In this document: positions 7,801-15,568 of the stretch, piece after piece | Position numbering within the stretch: position 1 is the first letter of the stretch | Layout of the letters: the number at the start of each line of letters is the position of its first letter | Position numbers and translations under genes: made by a program | The notes under the pieces: generated by a model | The model's input: only the letters and a program-made list of their open reading frames with translations | What the model was told of the DNA's origin: nothing | Databases searched by the model: none | Assembly (NCBI GenBank): GCA_000025185.1 | Contig: CP001848.1 | Span: 5,550,001-5,582,000, forward strand | Source: Pirellula staleyi DSM 6068 | GTDB lineage: Bacteria > Planctomycetota > Planctomycetia > Pirellulales > Pirellulaceae | DNA: 32,000 nucleotides | Direction: 5' to 3'

Positions 7801-8830
7801 GAAGGCGCGACAAATAAGAAGGATCAACCGTCACCAGTTGCGACGGATTGTGGGGACGGAGATAAGTCTCGCGGATGTAGTGCACCACATCGTACTTCTG
7901 TACGGGAACCATCCACGTTTGCGGGGCCATCAGCCCAAAGCCGTGCGTGAGTGTGCGGTACATCGAGAGTGGATCGCTCCCGTTCTTGAACTTTCCTTCG
8001 GCAAAACGAAGCGACGTCGGGAGCGAACCGGGACGCTCTTTCGTGCCGTGACAATTCGCGCAAACGCGCTGATAAATCGCTTCGCCACGCTTCAGCGAAT
8101 CGCCATTCCAGTTGCTGATGAGCGCGGCATGATCCAAATGCTGCTCGTACTCGGGAAGGGTGAACGTCAGCAGCGAAGCGGCTGGCTGCAGTTGTTTGGC
8201 CCGCGCTGCGCCACCGTCGCGAATTTCCATCAAGTAGCGAATCAGGTCCAAAAACTGCTGGCGGCTGTTGAGCTGGTTCACCTGTCCGGCCGGCATAATC
8301 GAAGCCTTGTTCACCTTCAGCTGATCGATCTCTTCGATGTCGATCGTGAGGGGCTCGCTCCCGGGTGTCACATCGCGGACAACCAGTTTCTCAGCGGTCC
8401 GCTCGACCAAGAGCGCAGTGCGCGAGCGACCATCGGCGGTCACTACCGTTACCGATTCAAAGCCTTTGCGAATCACTTTCGAAGGAAGGAGCACCGATTC
8501 CACGAGCGATTCGTCGGTGACTTCGCGCCCGAGCGCCGCGAGATCGGGACCTAAGGAGTTCGGGGCTCCATTTCCAACGGCGTGACATTTCGAGCAAGCC
8601 ATGTGCTGCTGAAAAAAGAGGACCGCCCCGCGAATCGCGTCCCCCTCGAGCTTGGCCTGCGCGGCGAGATCGGCTGCAGGAACCTGGCGCAGATCGTCTT
8701 CGAGTGTTTGCGCTCCGCTCGTGGCGGTCATCCAGCCAAGGGCGATGAGCGACCAAATCGAACAGCGCAGCGCCGTGCGGCTGATGAAAAACGAGATCGC
8801 TTGGATGCTGCTTACTTGGGTGCAGTTCAT
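4814..8830 (-). CDS. secreted multidomain protein: two c-type cytochrome (CxxCH) domains + LamG/concanavalin-like domain + beta-propeller (glucose/sorbosone-dehydrogenase-like, PVC 'membrane-bound dehydrogenase' type)
   Basis: The track ORF extends to 9307 but overlaps the upstream gene. I place the start at ATG 8830 (MNCTQVSSIQAISFFISRTALRCSIWSLIALGWMTATSGAQ, signal-like), giving 1338 aa. Haem motifs are MACSKCH and VCANCH. The LamG-like stretch reads FTIAARIKTKTDGTLFS…NQWHDVALTWQQSERRVRFYVDGKLDGEG…GEIAEVRFYQRQL. The propeller-like stretch reads TGLDFFPDGRIAVCSWDGDVWLV…GTLLRVSKDGSRTEILATGFRAANGVCLNPDGSFVVTDQEGFWNP. Confidence 0.8.
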   Translation of the reverse strand: MNCTQVSSIQAISFFISRTALRCSIWSLIALGWMTATSGAQTLEDDLRQVPAADLAAQAKLEGDAIRGAVLFFQQHMACSKCHAVGNGAPNSLGPDLAALGREVTDESLVESVLLPSKVIRKGFESVTVVTADGRSRTALLVERTAEKLVVRDVTPGSEPLTIDIEEIDQLKVNKASIMPAGQVNQLNSRQQFLDLIRYLMEIRDGGAARAKQLQPAASLLTFTLPEYEQHLDHAALISNWNGDSLKRGEAIYQRVCANCHGTKERPGSLPTSLRFAEGKFKNGSDPLSMYRTLTHGFGLMAPQTWMVPVQKYDVVHYIRETYLRPHNPSQLVTVDPSYLSRLPKGDTLGPEPSKIVPWSAMDYGPSLTHTFEIPGLAHNIAYKGIAIRLDPGAGGVSRGRHWMMFDTDTLRAAAAWNGSGNADDNFIDWQGIQFNGAHGVHPRIVGQTAFVNSTGPGWGSPESGSFVDDQRVEGRDGKRYGPLPRSWGKYRGLYHHGQDVVLSYTIGTTEVLESPRLLPRESAAPLLLRTFNIGPRDRDLFLQVAEHPASEAVTTFVEGTDQSVVLFAPPMPEASAPRDQRVTFDGNTYLEVADGKAFDLTTKDFTIAARIKTKTDGTLFSLCEAGPKWTPDGQSFFLRGGRLTFDIGWVGAVSAKSKVDDNQWHDVALTWQQSERRVRFYVDGKLDGEGELAAKGPLENSRVRIGFTTPDFPRPATFFQGEIAEVRFYQRQLTEELTSATKPRDDDKSVVGAWKLSDAAGEKIADASTGGRDAVVRRGLSPVESSAAPLLAGLAPRGTPLTWTAEDGRLRLKIPAGNAPLRFTLWLPSDSAAAGNVAKNVANTTAPSWADQPIPEADRDLAPLTRGGAPRWPQKLETEAILGAGTGPFAADVLTAPESNPWLAQTRFTGLDFFPDGRIAVCSWDGDVWLVEPSASPAAEDQATTSKLRWQRIASGMYQPLGLKIVEGKIYVTCRDQLAVLHDLNDDGEIDFYESLNNDHQVTEHFHEFAMGLQTDAAGNFYYAKSGCHGKAAVVPHHGTLLRVSKDGSRTEILATGFRAANGVCLNPDGSFVVTDQEGFWNPKNRINWVTVDPKGKPKFYGNMLGYHDVTDSSDAAMVPPLCWITNAFDRSPAELLWVESDRWGPLKGSLLNLSYGYGKVFLVPHENVGGMMQGGMIELPVPLFPTGVMRGRFHPTDGQLYLCGMFAWAGNATSPGGLYRLRATGNAMHLPVELHATKAGLKLTFTEPLDPAALDVKSMQIKTWSLKRTAGYGSPHLNEQPLEVRSAKLSADGKTLTLDVEKLQPTWCMEIKYDLRAASGTPVQGTIHNTIHALAD

Positions 8831-8904
8831 TCGTTGTCTCACGTCGATTTTCCAATTGTCTCGGGAGGCGTGTCTGCTGCGGACGATCCGTTTGCCGTGC
8901 TCTA

Positions 8905-11900
8905 CTATTTTGCGTCGATCGGAACTTCGCAAAACGTAAGCGCGGCGATCCCATTCTGCCCGTAGAGCAAGTTGTCGGGGCTCCACGAAGCACTGTCGAG
9001 ATAGGTGATCGTCGTCGATTTCGAAGGAGCGGCGAGTTGCAGCGTCACCAGGTTGCCACTCGCGCTGCCACTCTTCACTTGCTTTGGTTCCCCTGCGAGA
9101 TGCAACTGCGTCGCCAGCGCATCGTCCCACACCATCGGCTGGTCGAACTCCAGCACCACTTGCTGCCGCTCGCCTCCAGTGAAGTAGGCCCGCTGCAAAT
9201 TGGCGGGTGTCACCACCTGGCGAGGCTGATGAGCATAAATGTTCTGCTGCACCAGCGGATGGATCAGCCGCGCGAATTCGGCATATCCGGCAGCCGGAAA
9301 ATGGCAACCTCCAGGCGGCTTCACACCGAGCGTCGACATCACGCTCAGGTTTGAGAAGAGGCGCGGCAACGTCCGCTGCACTTCACGCAGGCGGTTATCC
9401 GATCCATTGATTCCCATCGCGCACGATTTCGGCCAAATCTGAAACACATAGTAATGCTGCAGGTTGGGATAATCCTGTTTCCAGCTCCCGGCGAGATCGA
9501 CAAAGAACTGGCGATAGGTTTCGTAGCCATAGCCACCGGTCGGGCCATCGGCCCCTTGATCGTTTTCCCCTTGATGCCACAAGATTGCGCGGATGCCGTG
9601 GGTTAACTTCGCCTGCTGCACGCGCCACAGAAGACGGCCATAGATTGTACTGACATCGGTGGGGTCGTCGGCATTACGCTGATGCTGATCGATGCGTGTC
9701 CCCCCTACTGCGCCATTGATGAGGCAAATCGGCAGTTTCTCACTTTCAACGAGTCGCCGACCGAGCTCCATCCCCCAGTAGCCGATCTGGAGTTTTCCTT
9801 CTGGGCTACGGGCTTCGGCATTGCCCCACTGCTTCAGCCGTGCCCCTTGCGGATCTCCCGAAGTTGCCCCAAACGTGCGCACCCAGTCGCTTGCAACGAG
9901 TGGATTTTCTTTCCCAAAATCGGTCGCCACGGCGTTCGACTGACCGATGATCAGGTACGCATCGCCGCACACAATATTTTTCGCCGTGTGGAGCACGCGC
10001 TCTTTGTCTCCCTGCTTCAGCCCCATTTCAGCACGATACTTCACGAGCCCCGCTTTCAGCTTCACGGTGAGAGCATATTTTTGATCGGCACCGACGATGG
10101 CAGTCGCGGTTGCGAACGGCTGATCGTCGGCAAAGACCCGCACAAAGACGGCATCGGCCTTTTCCGGCAACGTGCCGGCGTAGACCAGTTTCCCTTCGCT
10201 GGTGGTATGTTCGCGCGCGATGAACTGCCCATCTTCGGGAGCTTCTTCCGCTGCCAGCTGGCGCTCGATCCAAGGTTCTTCAGCGCGGGGAGGCTCGGTG
10301 ACCGCAATCGTCACCGTCTCGCTTATCTTTGCTCCGCCGTTATCGATCGTGGCAGTCACTCGCAGCGGGCCGCTCCCTTGAGCGCGCTTCAGGATCAGCT
10401 TGCTGGCAGAAGGCTCGCCAATTACCGCGACATCTTCCAGAGTCCAGCGAACAGCGAACTTCCCGACACCGCGCTGCTCGAGCTCGGCCAGATTGACGAT
10501 CTGCGGCACCACCTCGATCGTCTCACGGCCGTTCCAGTTTTTGGGTCCCTCGAGAGTAAAGCGGGGCTCGGGGAGCGACTCGGTGATGGTGATGGGGATC
10601 TCTCGCTTGCGGACTTCACCGGCGTAGATGGCTTGCACGGTGAGTTTTGCTGTCTCGTCCCCCACGACGCGCCCTGCCGCGAAGGTGTAAGTAAAGCGAT
10701 CGGTCGCAACGACCGAAGTTTCTCCTGCGTGATCGAGGATCCAGTACAGTTTTTGAGCGCCCCCCGCTTGAAGCGTGAGTGTGGCACTCTTCCCTTCTTC
10801 GACCACCAGTTTCTCGGTTGAAACCGAGAAGTCGTTGCCCGGCTGCACGAGCGGACCTACCAGCGTTTGCGACGGCTTTTGATTTTCGTACTGCAGCTTG
10901 ATCCAGTCGGCGGAACGAACCACCTGCGACACACGAACTTCATCGAGTGCGCCGACGAAGTCGAAGTTGTTGTACCACCCCCCGAGATAGAGCCGCGCAG
11001 GGCTTTTCAGCTTCAGCGGCGAACCTTGGCTCTTGTTGACGCCATCGAGCACACCGTTGACATAGATCCGCGCTTCGCCGTCGCGATAGGTGTGGACAAT
11101 CTGATTCCACTGCTCGGCGACGAGGCGGCTTTCGGTGGCGACATTTCCCCCCGAGAAATAGCAGTCCATCCGAACTTGCGGCGGGCTCCGAAACTGCATC
11201 ACCACTTTCCCTTGCGCTTGCTCGTTTCCCCAGCCGATCAGCGTGGCGTTCGGTTTCTCGGCGCGGAACCAAACTTCGGTGCTATGCGAACTCGCGTCGG
11301 TGGGATAACTGGCAATCATCTCACCACCGACGACTCCGCCACGATCGGCAAAATGGCGTGCTCGACCAATCACGCCCGCCGTGTCGGTCGTCCCTTTGTC
11401 GGTGGCGCTGAGCGAGCCAACTTCGTCGCGCAGCTCGTCGTTCATATGCCAGACGCTGAGAAAACCGTTCGAGGCCTGAAAGACCGCGTTCCCATTCGAC
11501 TCGCTTTGCGCGGCGGGATTGCCCCAGAACATCTTGATCGCTTGCCGCGATTTTCCCACGACGAGCGGCACGCGAACCCAAATGCTGGCGCTACCACCAG
11601 CGGGATCCCACGTGTCGATTTGATACGCCAATGGCTCGCCGGTGGCGAGGGAGAATCGCAAATCGTCTCCCCGTGGATGAGCCTCGGCGAAGTTAAAAAA
11701 ATCGCGATCGAGCCGCACCAGCACCGGGAACTGCTCGACCTTCGCTTCCGCCGGCAAATTGGCCCCCTCGGGGGTCGTTAGAAGCCAGAGCGAACCGGTA
11801 TGTTTCCAAGCCGCTCGGCCGCCAATTGCTGCGCCGTCTGGCGTTTGCGAAACTTCGTCCTTCGCATCCACTGGCCAGAGCTCTTTCAGCACGGCAACCA

Positions 11901-12618
11901 TCCCGGGATCGTATTTCTCGAGCTGATCGCGCGTGTAGGGAAAAAAGTCGTTGGTCGAGAAATAGGCCTCGGTGCATTCGGCAAAATATTCCATCGGACT
12001 AGTGAGGGCATAAGCTCGCTCCTCGGCGGTCCGTCCATCACCAAAACGGCGCTCGACGCGCTCGTAAAGTCCCTTCGTTTTGGCATGCTCGAAGGCGGTC
12101 TTCACCGCGACATTTCCGAATCCCTTGTCGAGCACCCGATCGTGGTAGGCATGCGCCAGTTCATGCAGCGCGAAGTTGGGCATCCGTTTGGTTTCGCGCT
12201 CGAAGGTGCGGATGTTCGTGAACTCGACCCCTTTGGCCATCGCCGGATTGCGCTGATTGTCGCGCAGCCAACCAGCGCCGGGATGATATTCGGCGCGAGG
12301 CTGAACCCCGGCGTACTCCGGTGAAAACCAGAGGGGAACTTTGCGGAGCTCGGCCACCGAGGCTGCCGGCACCACGCGCACGATCTCCTCGAGTTGCAGC
12401 TTCAGCAGCTCGAGTGCGCGCTCGGTCTCCTTCGGCTGTTTCTCGAGCAGTTGGTCGTTAATCAGAAGCGACCAACCGAGTATCGTTTTCCGCTGATGAC
12501 CGGCGACAGCGGGCTGCCCGTCGGGGGGCGGAGCATCGTCGAGGGCCGCAGCCGTCGGCGCGAAAAATGGCGAAACAAGAAGGATAGCTGCGAGGAGCGC
12601 GAGCAGGGTCTTGGGCAT
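8905..12618 (-). CDS. secreted multidomain protein: HExxH metallopeptidase-like domain + DUF2341/LamG lectin-like region + Ig-like repeats + sialate O-acetylesterase (SASA/SGNH-like) domain
   Basis: I place the start at ATG 12618 (MPKTLLALLAAILLVSPFFAPTAAA signal peptide; the track ORF extends to 12753), giving 1237 aa. The N-terminal domain has ALHELAHAYHD and, downstream, EYFAECTEAYF (Glu-zincin-like, reminiscent of MtfA/M90-type). The DUF2341-like stretch reads LRFSLATGEPLAYQIDTWDPAGGSASIWVRVP. The LamG end reads LDEVRVSQVVRSADWIKLQYENQ. The C-terminal esterase motifs are IIGQSNA, NGAVGGTRI and ILWHQGENDQG. Confidence 0.8.
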   Translation of the reverse strand: MPKTLLALLAAILLVSPFFAPTAAALDDAPPPDGQPAVAGHQRKTILGWSLLINDQLLEKQPKETERALELLKLQLEEIVRVVPAASVAELRKVPLWFSPEYAGVQPRAEYHPGAGWLRDNQRNPAMAKGVEFTNIRTFERETKRMPNFALHELAHAYHDRVLDKGFGNVAVKTAFEHAKTKGLYERVERRFGDGRTAEERAYALTSPMEYFAECTEAYFSTNDFFPYTRDQLEKYDPGMVAVLKELWPVDAKDEVSQTPDGAAIGGRAAWKHTGSLWLLTTPEGANLPAEAKVEQFPVLVRLDRDFFNFAEAHPRGDDLRFSLATGEPLAYQIDTWDPAGGSASIWVRVPLVVGKSRQAIKMFWGNPAAQSESNGNAVFQASNGFLSVWHMNDELRDEVGSLSATDKGTTDTAGVIGRARHFADRGGVVGGEMIASYPTDASSHSTEVWFRAEKPNATLIGWGNEQAQGKVVMQFRSPPQVRMDCYFSGGNVATESRLVAEQWNQIVHTYRDGEARIYVNGVLDGVNKSQGSPLKLKSPARLYLGGWYNNFDFVGALDEVRVSQVVRSADWIKLQYENQKPSQTLVGPLVQPGNDFSVSTEKLVVEEGKSATLTLQAGGAQKLYWILDHAGETSVVATDRFTYTFAAGRVVGDETAKLTVQAIYAGEVRKREIPITITESLPEPRFTLEGPKNWNGRETIEVVPQIVNLAELEQRGVGKFAVRWTLEDVAVIGEPSASKLILKRAQGSGPLRVTATIDNGGAKISETVTIAVTEPPRAEEPWIERQLAAEEAPEDGQFIAREHTTSEGKLVYAGTLPEKADAVFVRVFADDQPFATATAIVGADQKYALTVKLKAGLVKYRAEMGLKQGDKERVLHTAKNIVCGDAYLIIGQSNAVATDFGKENPLVASDWVRTFGATSGDPQGARLKQWGNAEARSPEGKLQIGYWGMELGRRLVESEKLPICLINGAVGGTRIDQHQRNADDPTDVSTIYGRLLWRVQQAKLTHGIRAILWHQGENDQGADGPTGGYGYETYRQFFVDLAGSWKQDYPNLQHYYVFQIWPKSCAMGINGSDNRLREVQRTLPRLFSNLSVMSTLGVKPPGGCHFPAAGYAEFARLIHPLVQQNIYAHQPRQVVTPANLQRAYFTGGERQQVVLEFDQPMVWDDALATQLHLAGEPKQVKSGSASGNLVTLQLAAPSKSTTITYLDSASWSPDNLLYGQNGIAALTFCEVPIDAK

Positions 12619-12822
12619 GATGACTTGATCTAAGGGGTGTCGCAGGAGAGGAGTTTTGCGAGGAGGCTGCACGAACGAGTGGCGCTCGAAGTGAGGGGGC
12701 AGTGGAGCGTGCTGAGGATTGGCCAGTAGCGTGTACGCAGAAGTGTACTGCATGGAGATTCACGCGTCCGCAAAAAACCGTCCGCTTCTTCCCTCAAAAG
12801 GGTCGCGAAATTCGTTCAGGCA

Positions 12823-14358
12823 CTATTTGCCTGCAGCTTTATGGGCAGCGGCTTGCTCGTCGTCGAGACGCGGCATTTTGAATTCGACGCTCGGCTGATG
12901 TTCGCGGAGCATGATGGCGTGCAGCTTGGCCACCACTTTAGGATGCTCGGCTGCCACGTTGGTCGACTCCGTCGGGTCCGCTTCCAGATCGTAGAGTTCG
13001 ATCGCGAGCGGCTCTTTCCACTCGGCCAGTTTTTTCTTCCCGGTCGGCACAGGGCGCACCAGATTTTGGCGGACCGCTTTCCACTTCCCCGAGCGAACGA
13101 ACTGCTGTCCTCCATAGCCCGGAAACTCGCGATACAAAAACTCGCGTGGGGCTTGCCAGTCGCCGCGCAGCGATGGCGAGAGATCGCGGCCATCTGCCTG
13201 CTCGGGAATCTTGGTCGACATTCCGGCGAGCGACAGCAGCGTCGGCATCCAATCTTCAAAACCACCGAGCGTGCTTGAGGTTGTTCCCGCTGGAACGACG
13301 CCCGGAAATTTCACGATCGTCGGAACCCGAATTCCCCCTTCGTAGACCGATCCTTTCCGTCCGCGCAGATCGAGCGCCGATTGAAAAAAGTCGGCATCGG
13401 TTCCCCCGAGCTTGTCGTAGAGAGGGCCGTTATCGGAACTGAAAACCACGATGGTGCGACGCTGTAAACCATACTTTTCAAGACGCTCGAGAATGCGCCC
13501 GATTTCGCGATCCATCCGTGTGATCATCGCGGCATAAGCGGCGCGCGGCGTGGGATGAGGCAAGTAGCCCCGCTCGCCGAGATAAGGGGTCTCGCTGAAC
13601 TCACCGGCATACTCTTTCAGCGAATCTTCGGGAACCTGCAATGCGAGGTGAGGAACGGGCGAGGCATAGTAGAGGAAGAACGGTTTTTGATGATGCTCGT
13701 CGATGAACTTGAGCGCCTGCTCGCTGATGAGATCGGCCGCATAGTCGGGACCGCGATAGCGCTCGAAGGCTGCCGGATTTTGAGGATCGGCGTCGGCCGG
13801 AAACTTTTGATGCGCGGCGAATGGGGGGTTCTTCAGCAGCACCTTCTCGTCATTCGACCAGAGATGCTGAGGATAGTAGTTGTGCGCCTGCCGCTGGCAG
13901 TTGTAGCCAAAGAAACGATCGAACCCTTGCGCCAGCGGCTTGCCCGACGACTCGGGACCACCGAGCCCCCATTTGCCAAAAGCGCCGCAGACATAGCCCT
14001 CGAGCAAACCAGGCAGCGTGACCGTTCCTTCAGCGAGAGGATATTGACCTTCGGGCTGCGCTTCGCGGTTGTCGCGCACCTGCGAATGGCCGCTGTGAAG
14101 TCCCGTCAGCAGCACGCAGCGACTCGGCGCACAAACCGGCGCTCCGCTGTAGTGCTGGATCAGCCGCATTCCATCGCGCGCCAGGGTGTCGATGTGCGGA
14201 GTGCGTGTCTTCTTCTGACCAAAACAACCGACGTCGCCATACCCCAAATCATCGCACAGGATGAACACAATGTTGGGGGGCAACTCTTCCGCGCGCACCA
14301 GTGCCGTCGAGCCAATGAGCAGCAGAGCAGCGAGCCAAACGCCGGTCGATCGAACCAT
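12823..14358 (-). CDS. formylglycine-dependent sulfatase (arylsulfatase A family)
   Basis: PNIVFILCDDLGYGDVGCFG is followed by the sulfatase signature SGAPVCAPSRCVLLTGLHSGH (C-x-P-x-R). The signal peptide is MVRSTGVWLAALLLIGSTALVRA from ATG 14358; ATG 14373 is an alternative. The track extension to 14673 overlaps mog and is rejected. Confidence 0.9.
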   Translation of the reverse strand: MVRSTGVWLAALLLIGSTALVRAEELPPNIVFILCDDLGYGDVGCFGQKKTRTPHIDTLARDGMRLIQHYSGAPVCAPSRCVLLTGLHSGHSQVRDNREAQPEGQYPLAEGTVTLPGLLEGYVCGAFGKWGLGGPESSGKPLAQGFDRFFGYNCQRQAHNYYPQHLWSNDEKVLLKNPPFAAHQKFPADADPQNPAAFERYRGPDYAADLISEQALKFIDEHHQKPFFLYYASPVPHLALQVPEDSLKEYAGEFSETPYLGERGYLPHPTPRAAYAAMITRMDREIGRILERLEKYGLQRRTIVVFSSDNGPLYDKLGGTDADFFQSALDLRGRKGSVYEGGIRVPTIVKFPGVVPAGTTSSTLGGFEDWMPTLLSLAGMSTKIPEQADGRDLSPSLRGDWQAPREFLYREFPGYGGQQFVRSGKWKAVRQNLVRPVPTGKKKLAEWKEPLAIELYDLEADPTESTNVAAEHPKVVAKLHAIMLREHQPSVEFKMPRLDDEQAAAHKAAGK

Positions 14359-14411
14359 CGCACACCACCACATCACGTGTTGAACATCGGGCCAGTCACG
14401 ACCGCCGTAGA

Positions 14412-14960
14412 CTACTTCTTCTTCGGGCGAAATGCGACCAGCCGCGATTCGTCGGTCGTTAAAAACGGCCCTTCGAGCAGATCGATGCAGTACGGAATGG
14501 CGGGGAAAACAGCATCGAGACATTCGCGAATCGCGCGCGGCTGTCCAGGAAGATTCACGATCAGCGACTGGCCTCGAATGCCAGCCGTTTGACGCGACAG
14601 AATGGCGGTGGCCACCTTCGTGAGCGAAACGGCCCGCATCTGTTCCCCAAAGCCAGGGAGCATCTTGCTGCAAACATCGGCGGTCGCTTCGGGTGTGACA
14701 TCGCGCACCGCCGGACCGGTTCCGCCGGTGGTCACAATCAAACAGCAGCGCTCGCGATCGGCGAGATCCGCAAGCGTTGCGGCGATCCCTGCACGCTCGT
14801 CGGGAATCACACGCGCGATCACCTCGAATGGGCTCGAAAGAACTTCTTTCAAATACTCGGCAATCGCAGGACCACCGAGGTCGGCATACTCCCCGCGCGA
14901 GGCCCGATCCGAAACGGTCACGACACCAATGCGGGCCAGCGATTCACCAGCGGCGGACAT
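14412..14960 (-). CDS. mog: molybdopterin adenylyltransferase MogA
   Basis: Near-colinear with E. coli MogA as I remember it: IGVVTVSDRAS, LIVTTGGTGPAVRDVTPEAT, MLPGFGEQMR, TAILSRQ, LIVNLPGQP, IPYCIDLLEGP, AFRPK. Confidence 0.92.
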   Translation of the reverse strand: MSAAGESLARIGVVTVSDRASRGEYADLGGPAIAEYLKEVLSSPFEVIARVIPDERAGIAATLADLADRERCCLIVTTGGTGPAVRDVTPEATADVCSKMLPGFGEQMRAVSLTKVATAILSRQTAGIRGQSLIVNLPGQPRAIRECLDAVFPAIPYCIDLLEGPFLTTDESRLVAFRPKKK

Positions 14961-15034
14961 AGGCTCTCTCGTTTTTTCTAGTGCTCAGCAGCGCTGCCAA
15001 TACCCAAAACGGCTCGCAAAGAACGGATGTCCCC

Positions 15035-15145
15035 AGGGTGCCACTGGCTTTGCCAGTGGAGCAGTTTGAGTTGGCGTTCAGGCCAGAGAAAATCCGAATT
15101 GGAATTCGTACTTAAGGTTCACACTGGCAGAGCCAGTGGCACCCC
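15035..15145. repeat. pair of ~24-bp palindromic units in inverted orientation flanking 61 bp (REP/BIME- or MITE-like)
   Basis: The left unit at 15035-15059 is agggtgccactggctttgccagtgg. The reverse complement of the right unit at 15121-15145 is ggggtgccactggctctgccagtgt. Within the core gggtgccactggctNtgccagtg, 22 of 23 positions match. Each unit is itself a hairpin (ccactggc/gccagtgg and cactggc/gccagtg). The right unit abuts the stop codon at 15146-15148 of the membrane-protein gene. Confidence 0.75.
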
Positions 15146-15568
15146 TTAGCGCGATGATGGTGGCTGATAAGGGTTATTGGGGTCCACCGGTGGATAGCTG
15201 GGGGGCAATTGCATCGGCGGGGAACCGGGGGGAGGTGGCATCATTCCCGGGACATACGTGCCGCTCAGCGAGGGATCGTAAATCGAAACTTTCCACGAGT
15301 TGAACAGAATGATCGCCAGCACCATCACACCGATGACCACACCGATGTCGATCAGCAGCGCGTAGTTGGAAACCGATTCGGGATTTCCCCCTGTCATCAC
15401 GACATAGAGCCCGATGGCAAATCCAAACACAAATGACAAGGGGAGCGACGACAGGAGAATGCCTCCAATCACTCGTGCCCTCCAGCCTTCCACCTTGTGC
15501 GTTTTCTGCTGAATCTTCCCGGTGTAGAGGTAATAAATCCCCAGGCCGAGCATCACGACTTGAAGCAT
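15146..15568 (-). CDS. small integral membrane protein with proline-rich C-terminal tail
   Basis: 140 aa with three hydrophobic segments (VVMLGLGIYYLY, VIGGILLSSLPLSFVFGFAIGLYVV, LLIDIGVVIGVMVLAIILF). The tail is PGMMPPPPGSPPMQLPPSYPPVDPNNPYQPPSSR. No family recognised. Confidence 0.65.
   Translation of the reverse strand: MLQVVMLGLGIYYLYTGKIQQKTHKVEGWRARVIGGILLSSLPLSFVFGFAIGLYVVMTGGNPESVSNYALLIDIGVVIGVMVLAIILFNSWKVSIYDPSLSGTYVPGMMPPPPGSPPMQLPPSYPPVDPNNPYQPPSSR

Noticed and set aside
8831-9307. N-terminal extension of the 1497-aa track ORF (4814-9307). Analogous extensions are 12619-12753, 14374-14673, 17660-17788 and 22198-22386.
   Set aside because: The extensions overlap the 3' end of the upstream gene or run through intergenic DNA, and they encode Arg/Ala/Gly-rich sequence. 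In every case an internal ATG is followed immediately by a signal peptide or by the conserved family N-terminus (MNCTQV…, MPKTLLALL…, MVRSTGVWL…, [15 protein letters not shown]…, MQFATAQDAMNTVWML…).
14961-15145. Moco (molybdenum cofactor) riboswitch in the mog leader.
   Set aside because: The position would fit, but I could not recognise the conserved Moco-motif elements in the reverse complement. The structure there is better explained by the two inverted palindromic units. A covariance-model scan would be needed to exclude it formally.
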